Assembly: GCA_016234805.1 (NCBI GenBank)
Contig: JACRNU010000054.1
Span: 24,329 to 88,328, forward strand
Origin: Elusimicrobiota bacterium
GTDB taxonomy: Bacteria > Elusimicrobiota > Elusimicrobia > UBA1565 > UBA9628
Length of the DNA stretch: 64,000 nucleotides
Direction of reading: 5' to 3'
The notes below the pieces were generated by a model. The model was not told the origin of the DNA. It saw only the letters and a program-made list of their open reading frames with translations, and searched no databases. The position numbers and the translations under genes were made by a program. This document shows, in pieces, positions 53,996-61,723 of this stretch (position 1 is its first letter; each line of letters begins with the position of its first letter).

Positions 53996-55289
53996 GGCTT
54001 CGGCCGCTTCCAAGACCTTGGAGGCGGCACTAGGCCGGTTCATCCGGCCGTCGGCCGGCTCCGCCCTGGACGAGCGGCGCACCACCTATTTCGCGTTCCA
54101 GGGCCTGCTCATGGCGGTCCTGCTGCTCATCTTCCTCACCCATCGTCCTGACGCGTCCTCCTGGCTTCCCCGATTCGCTTTCCTGATGACCTTCCTGAGC
54201 GGGTCGCTCGTGGCCCTGCGCCTGACCCCTGCTCCACTGCTGGCGACCTGGAGGTTCCAGGTCGGGCTCTTCCTGGGGGACGCGGTCCTGGCCACCGTGG
54301 CCCTGGCCTGGGCCAAGCCCCTCGCTGAGCTCTACCTGATCTTCCTCCTCATCATCTTCGGGGCAGCCCTGACCCGAAGCCTCGGCCAGAGCCTGATCAT
54401 CGCCACGGTGGTTTCCTTCCTCTACCTGGCCGCGGGCTGGAGGCCGAACCGCGGCCTGCCGCACGACGCCGGGTTCTGGGTCCAGTTCATGTTCCTGTGG
54501 GTGCTCTCCGCGCTCCTGGCCGTGCTTTCGCGCGACGTGGCGCGGGCCCAGGCCTTCCGGGAGCGCAAGCTGCGCGACCAGGTCGTGGAGGCTGAGCGCC
54601 TATCGAGCCTGGGCCGCCTCTCCGCCGAGGTGGCCCATCGCATCAAGGGGCCTCTGACCACCATCATGGTCAACGCGGACCTGCTGGCCGCGGAGCTCTC
54701 GGGCTCGAAGAAGGTGGTCGCGGACCTCCGCCAGATCCAGGAATCGGCGCGCCACTGCAAGGAGATCCTCAAGTCCCTGCTGGACCTCGGCCGCATCGAG
54801 GAGATGGACCGCATTCCCATGGACCTGGGCAGGGCCGCTGCCTCGGCCGTGGAGTCCATCGAGGCCCAGGCCCGGAAAAAGGGCGTCCGCCTCCGAACAG
54901 AGGGCCTCGAAGGCGAATTCCCCATGCTGGGGGACCCGGCGCTCCTCCGCGAGGCTGTCTGCGCCGTGCTCCAGAACGCGCTGGAGTCCGCGGCCAAGGG
55001 CGGCCGGGTCGCGCTCGCGCTCAAGCGGCGGCTCGGCGCGCTGGAGTGGGTGGCCATGGCCGCTGGAGGGTGCTATGTCCTGGAGGTTTCGGATGACGGG
55101 CACGGCATCGCTTCCGATATCATGAGCCGCATCTTCCAGCCCTTCTTCACCACCCGCAAGGGGGGCTCCGGCCTCGGCCTCTCCTCTGCCCTGCGCATCC
55201 TGCAGAAGCACGGCGGGAGCATCGAGGTCGAGAGCGACGGCCCGGGCAGGGGAGCGGTCTTCAGCCTGATCCTGCCCCGGCCGACCTAA
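53982..55289 (+). CDS. Membrane sensor histidine kinase
   Basis: About 6 N-terminal TM segments, an H-box LSAEVAHRIKGPLTTI and HATPase_c (GHGIASDIMSRIFQPFFTTRKGGSGLGLS). Confidence 0.8.
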   Translation: MSVFRASAASKTLEAALGRFIRPSAGSALDERRTTYFAFQGLLMAVLLLIFLTHRPDASSWLPRFAFLMTFLSGSLVALRLTPAPLLATWRFQVGLFLGDAVLATVALAWAKPLAELYLIFLLIIFGAALTRSLGQSLIIATVVSFLYLAAGWRPNRGLPHDAGFWVQFMFLWVLSALLAVLSRDVARAQAFRERKLRDQVVEAERLSSLGRLSAEVAHRIKGPLTTIMVNADLLAAELSGSKKVVADLRQIQESARHCKEILKSLLDLGRIEEMDRIPMDLGRAAASAVESIEAQARKKGVRLRTEGLEGEFPMLGDPALLREAVCAVLQNALESAAKGGRVALALKRRLGALEWVAMAAGGCYVLEVSDDGHGIASDIMSRIFQPFFTTRKGGSGLGLSSALRILQKHGGSIEVESDGPGRGAVFSLILPRPT

Positions 55290-55400
55290 CGACCATAGGG
55301 CCGGCCGGGACCGTCGGCCTCCGGCCTGGACCCGGCCCCGGCCGGCCTGACGGCCCCTATGGCCGGCCGGGACGGTCGGCCTCCGGCCTGGACCCCGCCC
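55290..55400. repeat. Tandem ~54-bp direct repeat (2 copies), GC-rich, between convergent genes
   Basis: GGCCGGCCGGGACCGTCGGCCTCCGGCCTGGACCCGGCCCCGGCCGGCCTGACGGCC repeated with 4 mismatches. Confidence 0.7.
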
Positions 55401-56184
55401 CGGCCAGCCTGACCCCGCTCCGGGCCAGGCACTCGCGGACCCGCGGGCTGGTCAGGGCCAGGAACTCGGCGTAGGAATGATGGGTCGAAGTCGGGCCGTG
55501 TTCGGCCTTGGCTTCCGGGTCCGCGGTGGGGTGCAGGTAGATCTCCGTCAACCCGCCTGGAAGGCGGGGGATGAGCCAGAGCAGGTAGTCCTCGGTCATC
55601 ATGCCGGACCGCAGAAGGCCCAGGGTCCGGTCCGGCACGGTGAGCCCGGCTTGGGCGGCCGAGCGTCTCATCCAGGCCCCGAGAGCCCCGAAGACGCAGC
55701 CGAGAGCGAGCGCGGCCGCGGCGCCGCGGCCGCCGAACCCGGCCCTGAGAAGGACCTCCCCCCCGGTCAAGCGCACCCGCGGGATGCCGTGCCGCAGGGC
55801 CGCCCGGACGACCATGGGGAAAACAGTGGGGTGGACGTGCGCGTTGAGGTGGCTGTCGAGGTGCGTGGGCTTGATGCCGAAGGAGAGGCACAGCCGCACC
55901 TGGCTCTCGATCTCGCTTTCGATCCCCCGGCCCCTGTTCAGGAAGGAGGCCAGGCCCCAGGCCGGCGCCGACCCGGAGCAGAGCTCGAGGTGCACCCCGA
56001 CCCCGAGCCCAGGATTGGCGCGTGCGACGCGGACCGCGTCGCGGACCGCGCTCCCGCGGACCATGAGGCTTGCGAATCCGAGGACCCCGTCCCGGTGGGC
56101 CCGCTCGACCGCGTCATTGAGTCCCGGGGAGCCCCCGAAGTCGTCCGCGCTGACGATGAGCGTGGCCGCGCCGGCCTGGCTCAA
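55357..56184 (-). CDS. hpnK: YdjC/ChbG-family carbohydrate deacetylase (HpnK-like)
   Basis: Motifs LIVSADDFGGSPGLNDAVERAHRDGVLGFASLMV and VGVHLEL. It overlaps (ATGA) the pseudopilin-like gene upstream. Confidence 0.55.
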   Translation of the reverse strand: MSQAGAATLIVSADDFGGSPGLNDAVERAHRDGVLGFASLMVRGSAVRDAVRVARANPGLGVGVHLELCSGSAPAWGLASFLNRGRGIESEIESQVRLCLSFGIKPTHLDSHLNAHVHPTVFPMVVRAALRHGIPRVRLTGGEVLLRAGFGGRGAAAALALGCVFGALGAWMRRSAAQAGLTVPDRTLGLLRSGMMTEDYLLWLIPRLPGGLTEIYLHPTADPEAKAEHGPTSTHHSYAEFLALTSPRVRECLARSGVRLAGAGSRPEADRPGRP

Positions 56185-56570
56185 GGGGTCGTTCCAGGGA
56201 GGGGCTGGGTGAACGAAGCCGTCACCAGGCAGGGGCCTAACGTATCGTCGGCGGTGACGGTCGGGTAAAAGGTATCGGCGGGGGTGGCGCTGCAGGTGCA
56301 GGAGCAGACGCCGGGCGTGCCCGTGCAGTCGTAGGAGATCGCGCCGGTCCCCGTCAGGTTCGCGTCCGAGCAGACCGCCTGCTGTTCGCTCCAGAAGGAG
56401 AGCAGGAGGGAGAAGGCCATTTCGTCGTATTTCTCCCCCTTGTTCCCGTAAGCCGTCCGGTGGATGAGCTGGTACTGCATGAGCACGATGCTCATCATGC
56501 CCGCGGCCAGCATGGCCATGATCGCGCCCGTGATCAGGACGTGGACCATCACCGACCCTCGCTGGTTCAT
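56181..56570 (-). CDS. GspK-like / minor pseudopilin-like Cys-rich small protein
   Basis: Hydrophobic N-terminal helix RGSVMVHVLITGAIMAMLAAGMMSIVLM with 8 Cys in the C-terminal half. It is the last gene of the pilin operon. Confidence 0.35.
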   Translation of the reverse strand: MNQRGSVMVHVLITGAIMAMLAAGMMSIVLMQYQLIHRTAYGNKGEKYDEMAFSLLLSFWSEQQAVCSDANLTGTGAISYDCTGTPGVCSCTCSATPADTFYPTVTADDTLGPCLVTASFTQPLPGTTP

Positions 56571-56577
56571 GTGGTTC

Positions 56578-57234
56578 TCAATCCGACCCGAAGTACTGCC
56601 TGTTCGACCGGAGGAAGGTGTCGACCTTGAGGCTGACGGGGACCGGGATGGTGGCCGCGGCGCCCGTGGCCGGGCGGGTGCCGCTGCCGACCGCGAAATG
56701 CATCTCGATGCCGTCCCCGCGGTTCCTGAAGATGGGCGGCGACGAGGTGAGGTCCTCGTCGCGATAGTGGAAATTCCTGACCAGCACCGTGGTGTTCCCC
56801 CCGAGGATGCAGCCGCCCCCGTTAGGGATGCTGGCCGGGCAATTGAGGCCCGGTCCGACGACCGCGATGCGCAGAAGGGCGGGCATGCCCCCGCCGATGT
56901 CGGGGCTCCGGCAGTAGTAGAACGCGGTGACGTTCAAGCTCGTGTTGAGGCGGCCCTCACCCAGGCTGGTGAATTGCAGGGGCGAGAAATTGACGCACCC
57001 GCCGAGGCCGTCTCCCGTGGCGCCGTGGGCGGGGACGTTGATGAACGAGGCTTCCTCGATCTCCTGGCTCATCTGCTCAAGGGCCATGATGGTCCATCCG
57101 CTCACCTCCCCCTTGAGGCTCGTGTCCACGTGGCTCCTCAGGAGGGAGGCGAACACGGTCATGAGGGCGACGAGGACCGCGGAGCTCAGGCTCAGGGCAA
57201 GGAGCAGCTCGATGAGGGTGAACCCCTGGCGCAA
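56578..57234 (-). CDS. Minor pseudopilin with a G|FTLIELLLAL prepilin cleavage site; its 5' end and leader lie inside the 57-bp tandem repeat array
   Basis: ...LAPLRQG|FTLIELLLALSLSSAVLVALMTV. There is no ATG. The candidate start is TTG at 57234 (MRQG|FTLIE) or an upstream CTG. The same frame stays open through all four repeat units. Confidence 0.55.
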   Translation of the reverse strand: MRQGFTLIELLLALSLSSAVLVALMTVFASLLRSHVDTSLKGEVSGWTIMALEQMSQEIEEASFINVPAHGATGDGLGGCVNFSPLQFTSLGEGRLNTSLNVTAFYYCRSPDIGGGMPALLRIAVVGPGLNCPASIPNGGGCILGGNTTVLVRNFHYRDEDLTSSPPIFRNRGDGIEMHFAVGSGTRPATGAAATIPVPVSLKVDTFLRSNRQYFGSD

Positions 57235-57472
57235 GGGCGCCAGGTCCCCGGAGGGCAGATGTCCTCCGCTCCCGGAGGGGGCCCGGCGCAAGGGCGCCAG
57301 GTCCCCGGAGGGCAGATGTCCTCCGCTCCCGGAGGGGGCCCGGCGCAAGGGCGCCAGGTCCCCGGAGGGCAGATGTCCTCCGCTCCCGGAGGGGGCCCGG
57401 CGCGGGGGCCCGGCGCAAGGGCGCCAGGTCCCCGGAGGGCAGATGTCCTCCGCTCCCGGAGGGGGCCCGGCG
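57225..57472. repeat. Tandem array of four 57-bp repeat units (canonical family sequence), the fourth with an 11-bp insertion
   Basis: CCTGGCGCAAGGGCGCCAGGTCCCCGGAGGGCAGATGTCCTCCGCTCCCGGAGGGGGC x4. The unit is 19 codons, so every frame repeats (e.g. RRAPSGSGGHLPSGDLAPL on the minus strand). There are no spacers, so this is not a CRISPR array. Confidence 0.85.
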
Positions 57473-57473
57473 T

Positions 57474-57986
57474 TTACGGTTCGGTCCAGTCGACATAGAC
57501 CTCCACTCGAGGGATCTGCGCGCCGGAAAGGCCTCCTGCTCCGAAAGGGTGCATCTGGGTGACGACGTAGCGCATGGTGGCGTTGTAGGGCGGGCCGCTG
57601 AACCAGATGGGGAGCATCCCGGTGATGGTGTGCGTGCCCAGCGCGAGGGCGTTGGCGGCGCCCATGCTGTCGGTGATGGTCGCGGCGTCGTACCCGTCGT
57701 TCGGGGCTTTGGCGCCGTTGATGGACCAGTTGGTGGAGGCGGAGGTCCCGCTGGACGGCCCGCGGAAGCCGATGTCGATGGGGGCCTGCGTGGTATCGCC
57801 GGAGACGTAGCCCTTGAGCTTCTCCGACAGCTGGCGCGAAACCTGGTTCGCGACGAGGCGGCGCATGGAGCGTCCCGAGCCCTGGCGGGCGGTGATGGCC
57901 ACGCTGAAGACAGAAGACGTGATGACCGCCACGAGCATCATGGCGATGGTGACCTCGAGGAAAGTCGAACCGCGTTCCTTGTCCAT
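57474..57986 (-). CDS. Minor pseudopilin (GspI/J-like)
   Basis: MDKERG|STFLEVTIAMMLVAVITS has a prepilin-type leader with Glu at +5. Its stop abuts the repeat array. Confidence 0.6.
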   Translation of the reverse strand: MDKERGSTFLEVTIAMMLVAVITSSVFSVAITARQGSGRSMRRLVANQVSRQLSEKLKGYVSGDTTQAPIDIGFRGPSSGTSASTNWSINGAKAPNDGYDAATITDSMGAANALALGTHTITGMLPIWFSGPPYNATMRYVVTQMHPFGAGGLSGAQIPRVEVYVDWTEP

Positions 57987-58001
57987 GGTCCGGCTCCCGG
58001 C

Positions 58002-58517
58002 TTATAATCCCGTCACCGAGGGCGGGTTCGTTCCGATCGCTTCGATCCCGCCGTTGGTGTCCACCGCGAAGCCCCAGGTGTTGTAATCCCCGGACGTGCT
58101 TTTTCGCGTCGCGCAGGCCACCCAATTCCGGCTGGAAAAGGTCTTGCCGCCGCAGGATGACGTCACGCTCCCGTTGGCCGCGTCGAACCGGTACTTCTCG
58201 CCGTCCCAATTCTGCGAGGATATGTATTTGCACTTGACCAGGTCGCAGCCGTCGGCCGCCCCGCCCGTGGGACAGGCGGTCCCGTTGCAGGAGCTCGTCA
58301 GCTGGCCCGCCCGCAAGGTGGTCTGGTTGAGGTCCATGCTCGCCATGCGGTTGGCGGCGGCGAGCGTGCGCACCGTGGCGATGGCATTGTCGGCCCTGGT
58401 CGATTCCATGGCCCTCAGGTATTGGGGGATGCCGTACGCCGCGAGGATGCCGATGAGAGTGACCACGACCACGAGCTCGATGAGGGTGAATCCGGCGGGC
58501 GAGGGTCTTCGCGCCAT
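58002..58517 (-). CDS. Major type IV pilin / GspG-like pseudopilin
   Basis: MARRPSPAG|FTLIELVVVVTLIGILAAYGIPQY is a classic class-III signal. C-terminal Cys pairs (CNGTACPTGGAADGCDLVKC...SSCGGKTFSSRNWVAC) resemble type IVa pilin disulfide loops. The start was taken at the ATG at 58517. Confidence 0.8.
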   Translation of the reverse strand: MARRPSPAGFTLIELVVVVTLIGILAAYGIPQYLRAMESTRADNAIATVRTLAAANRMASMDLNQTTLRAGQLTSSCNGTACPTGGAADGCDLVKCKYISSQNWDGEKYRFDAANGSVTSSCGGKTFSSRNWVACATRKSTSGDYNTWGFAVDTNGGIEAIGTNPPSVTGL

Positions 58518-58583
58518 GTTCCTATTCCTCCGGCCGTCCCCTTCATAGTATGCCTCCGGCATCTGTGCGACATGAGGGCGGCC

Positions 58584-58609
58584 TGTGTGCAAGTTGTGAA
58601 TCATTTCGC
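58584..58609. promoter_or_regulatory. 18-mer TGTGTGCAAGTTGTGAAT in the pilin upstream region (shared with the two-component operon promoter)
   Basis: 17/18 identity to 53229-53246. It lies between the gspF stop and the pilin start. Confidence 0.45.
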
Positions 58610-59827
58610 CCCCAGGGAGGACATCTTGAAGATGGGCAGGAACACGGCCAGCACGATGGTGCCGACGATGAGGCCGATGCCGACGACCATGATGGGCTCG
58701 ATGATGGCCGTGAACCTCCGGGTGAACTGCTCGATCTGCTCGCGGTAGAAGCCCGAGAGGGTCACGAGCATCTCGGGGAGCTTGCCGGACTCTTCTCCCA
58801 TGAACATCATCTCGGTCACCAGCGGAGGGAGGACGCCGGTCTTCTTGAACGCTCCGGAGATGGATTTGCCGCTCGCCACGTCGTTGCGAACCATGCGCAG
58901 GAAGCGCTGGAACATGACGTTGGTGGCGAAGACCCCCTCGAGCACGGTGATGGTGTTGAGGATGCTCACGCCGCTCTCGATGAGGGCCGACATGGTCGTG
59001 AGCAGGCGCTCGACGAGGATGTTCATGATGAACTGGCCGAAGAAGGGGACCTTGAAGGTGAGGGACCATTTCGTCACGTTGCCGGCTTCCGTCGAGGTGT
59101 AGGCCCTCCAGACGAACCCCGAGCCGACGAGGACGAACACGAGGGCCGCGAAGTGGTGCACCATGATGTCCGAGATCAGGACGATGGCCTTGGTCAGGGG
59201 CGGGAGCTGGACTCCGAACTGCTTGAAGATGTCGGAGAAGACCGGCACGATCTTCACGATGAAGAAGGTGAGCACGCCCATGGAGATGAAGAACAGGATG
59301 CCCGGGTACGCCAGGGCGGTGATGACCTTGGCCTTGAGTTCCGACTGGGCCGCGAGGTAGGCGCCGATCTGCTTGAGGGATTTCGGGAGCTGGCCGCCCA
59401 TCTCTCCGGCCTGCACCAGGGAGACCCAGAGGGTGTCGAAGGCCTTGGGGTGCTTCTCGAGCGCCTTGTACAGGGCGGTCCCGCTGGCCACGTCCTTCGT
59501 GACCTGGCCGACCGCGATCTGCAGGCCCTTGGAGCTCGAGTGCTCGCCCAGGAGCGAGAGGGCGCGCACCAGGGGCACGCCGCCGTTGAGGAGGGTGGCC
59601 AGCTGCTCCGCGAAGAAGACGAGGTCGCGCTCGGCGACCCCGGCGGAGCTGACCGCCGCGCCCTTGCCCGACAGCGAGGAGCGGGCGCTCTTGTCGGACG
59701 AGATCGACAGGATGAAGTAGCCCTTGCCCTGGAGGACGCCGATCGCGTCGTTCTCGTCGTTGGCCTCGAGCGAGCCGGAGATGGTCTCTCCCTTGCTGTC
59801 CTGGACCGTGTACGCGAAGCGTGCCAT
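58601..59827 (-). CDS. gspF: Type II secretion / type IV pilus inner-membrane platform protein (GspF/PilC family)
   Basis: 408 aa with two T2SSF repeats (LATLLNGGVPLVRALSLL..., LTTMSALIESGVSILNTITVL...) and 3 TM segments. Confidence 0.9.
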   Translation of the reverse strand: MARFAYTVQDSKGETISGSLEANDENDAIGVLQGKGYFILSISSDKSARSSLSGKGAAVSSAGVAERDLVFFAEQLATLLNGGVPLVRALSLLGEHSSSKGLQIAVGQVTKDVASGTALYKALEKHPKAFDTLWVSLVQAGEMGGQLPKSLKQIGAYLAAQSELKAKVITALAYPGILFFISMGVLTFFIVKIVPVFSDIFKQFGVQLPPLTKAIVLISDIMVHHFAALVFVLVGSGFVWRAYTSTEAGNVTKWSLTFKVPFFGQFIMNILVERLLTTMSALIESGVSILNTITVLEGVFATNVMFQRFLRMVRNDVASGKSISGAFKKTGVLPPLVTEMMFMGEESGKLPEMLVTLSGFYREQIEQFTRRFTAIIEPIMVVGIGLIVGTIVLAVFLPIFKMSSLGAK

Positions 59828-59834
59828 GGTTCTC

Positions 59835-61583
59835 CTAGTCCGCCAACGTGATGGACATGATCTCTTCGACCGTGGTGAGGCCCCGGATGACTTTGCGCCA
59901 GCCGCTCGCGCGCAGGCTCAGCTTGCCGAGCTTGTCCGCCACGGAGCGCAGGCGGGTGAGGTCGCCGCCGTACTTGTAGATGATATCCTTCATCTCCCGC
60001 TCCATGGGGTAGACCTCGAGGATGGCTTTGCGGCCTCCGTAGCCGGTGCGCGCGCACTTGTCGCAGCCCTTCTCTTTGTAGAACATGAGCGTGTCGAGGT
60101 CGGGCTGGTCCTCGGGCTTGAGCATCGCCTGCTCGACGACCATCTTGGCCTCGTCGGCCTCGGGCTTGTAGGGCTTCTTGCAGAGGGGGCAGAGCACGCG
60201 CACGAGGCGCTGCGCCGCGGCGAGTATGAGGCTGCCCGAGAGGAGGAACGGCTCGATGCCGAGGTCGATGAGGCGCACCACGGTCGAGAGGGCGTCGTTG
60301 GTGTGCAGGGTGGAGAGCACGAGGTGGCCGGTGAGGGCCGCGCGCAGGCAGGTCTGGGCGGTCTCCTGGTCGCGCACCTCTCCGACCAGGATGACGTCCG
60401 GGTCCTGCCGCAGGAAGGAGCGCAGAGCGGCCGCGAAGGTGAGCCCGATGGCGGCGCGCACCTGGACCTGGTTGATGCCCTCGAGCTTGATTTCGACGGG
60501 GTCTTCGATGGTCATGAAGTTGAGCTCGGGGGTCTTGATGGTGTTGAGGACCGTGTTGAGGGTGGTGGTCTTGCCCGATCCGGTCGGGCCGGTCAGGAAG
60601 ATGAGCCCGTGCGGCATCGCCGCGCACTTGAGGAAGTCCTCCTTCTGCTCGGGCTCGAGGCCGATCTTGTCGATGTTGAGCTCGACCGCCCCCTTGTCGA
60701 GCAGGCGCATGACCAGCTTCTCGCCGTAGACGGTGGGGCAGATGCTGACGCGCAGGTCGATGATCCTGTTCTGGATCTTCATCGAGAAGGTGCCGTCCTG
60801 GGGCAGGCGCCGCTCCGCGATGTCGAGCTTGGAGAGGATCTTGAACCTGGACACGACCGGGCTGAAGAGGGACTTCGGCGGCGGCATGCGCTCGTAGAGA
60901 CAGCCGTCGATGCGGAAGCGCAGCATGACGCGCTCGTCGTAGCACTCGAGGTGGATGTCCGAGCACCTCTCGGCCACGGCCTGCTTGAGGATGGCGTTGA
61001 CGAGCGCGACCGGGTGCGCGTCCTGGCCGCCGCCGGAGGTGTCCTTGTCGAGGTCGAGCTTCACGTCGGCGTCCGGCATCTCCTCGGCCGCCTCGGTCGT
61101 GGCCGACTGCTTGTCCATCGTCTTCTCGATGATCTCGCGTCCCCCGGCCTGGTAGAACTCGTCGATGGCCTTGATGATCTGGGTCTTCGTCGCGACGAAG
61201 GGCTGGACCTCCCGGCTGGTGAGGAGCTTGAGGTTGTCCATCATGACCATGTTGTCGGGGTTGACCACGGCCACGGCGATGACCCCTTCGTCGAGGAACA
61301 GGGGGAGGACCAGGTTGTCCCGGGCGAAGGACTCGGTGATGAGCTTCTCGAGGCCCTGGCCCTTCTCGGCCTTGAGGATCTTGTTCTCCTTGGAGGCGTA
61401 GGGGACCCCGATCTGCTTGGACATCGCGACCGCGATGTCCTCTTCGGTCGCGAACCCCAGCTTGATGACCGCTTCGGCGAACTGACACCGCGCCTGCTGC
61501 GCGGTCTTGAGGGCTCTCGAGTGCTGCTCCTCGTTGAGGACATTGCCCTGAAGCAGTATCTGGTCCAAGGTCAGCTTCTGCAT
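59835..61583 (-). CDS. gspE: Type II secretion / type IV pilus assembly ATPase (GspE/PilB family) with an N-terminal N1E/MshEN-like domain
   Basis: Walker A LIFLTGPTGSGKTTTL, Asp box, Walker B, His box and a tetracysteine motif (CPLCKKPY...CDKCARTGY). The N-terminal domain is paralogous to the C-terminus of the 41148-42326 protein. Confidence 0.9.
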   Translation of the reverse strand: MQKLTLDQILLQGNVLNEEQHSRALKTAQQARCQFAEAVIKLGFATEEDIAVAMSKQIGVPYASKENKILKAEKGQGLEKLITESFARDNLVLPLFLDEGVIAVAVVNPDNMVMMDNLKLLTSREVQPFVATKTQIIKAIDEFYQAGGREIIEKTMDKQSATTEAAEEMPDADVKLDLDKDTSGGGQDAHPVALVNAILKQAVAERCSDIHLECYDERVMLRFRIDGCLYERMPPPKSLFSPVVSRFKILSKLDIAERRLPQDGTFSMKIQNRIIDLRVSICPTVYGEKLVMRLLDKGAVELNIDKIGLEPEQKEDFLKCAAMPHGLIFLTGPTGSGKTTTLNTVLNTIKTPELNFMTIEDPVEIKLEGINQVQVRAAIGLTFAAALRSFLRQDPDVILVGEVRDQETAQTCLRAALTGHLVLSTLHTNDALSTVVRLIDLGIEPFLLSGSLILAAAQRLVRVLCPLCKKPYKPEADEAKMVVEQAMLKPEDQPDLDTLMFYKEKGCDKCARTGYGGRKAILEVYPMEREMKDIIYKYGGDLTRLRSVADKLGKLSLRASGWRKVIRGLTTVEEIMSITLAD

Positions 61584-61659
61584 ACTTGAAGTATAACTCC
61601 ATGGCGGGGAATGTTCAAGAGGAAATGTAACATATCATCGGCGGCTAGCCGCCGATGGG

Positions 61660-61712
61660 GGTGCCTGGCTTGGGCCTGACCAAGTCACCCCGGTTCAAGC
61701 CTGGCACCCGGG
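61660..61712. repeat. Hairpin repeat GGTGCCTGGCTTGG-N-CAAGCCTGGCACC (family copy 3) between gspD and gspE
   Basis: Same arms as 4914-4970 and 5607-5660. Confidence 0.75.
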
Positions 61713-61723
61713 ACATCGTACGG

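Noticed and set aside
57225-57472. Possible CRISPR array (four regularly spaced ~57-bp repeats)
   Set aside because: The units are directly abutting with no unique spacers, the unit length is atypical, no cas genes are nearby, and the same unit occurs as single dispersed copies elsewhere. This is a tandem dispersed-repeat array, not CRISPR.
58550-58560. Discrepancy of 1 nt between my manual count of the gspF stop codon (58602-58604) and the ORF-track coordinate (58601)
   Set aside because: This is probably a counting slip on my side. It does not affect any call, but it is why hand-derived coordinates are quoted as approximate (+/-3 nt).
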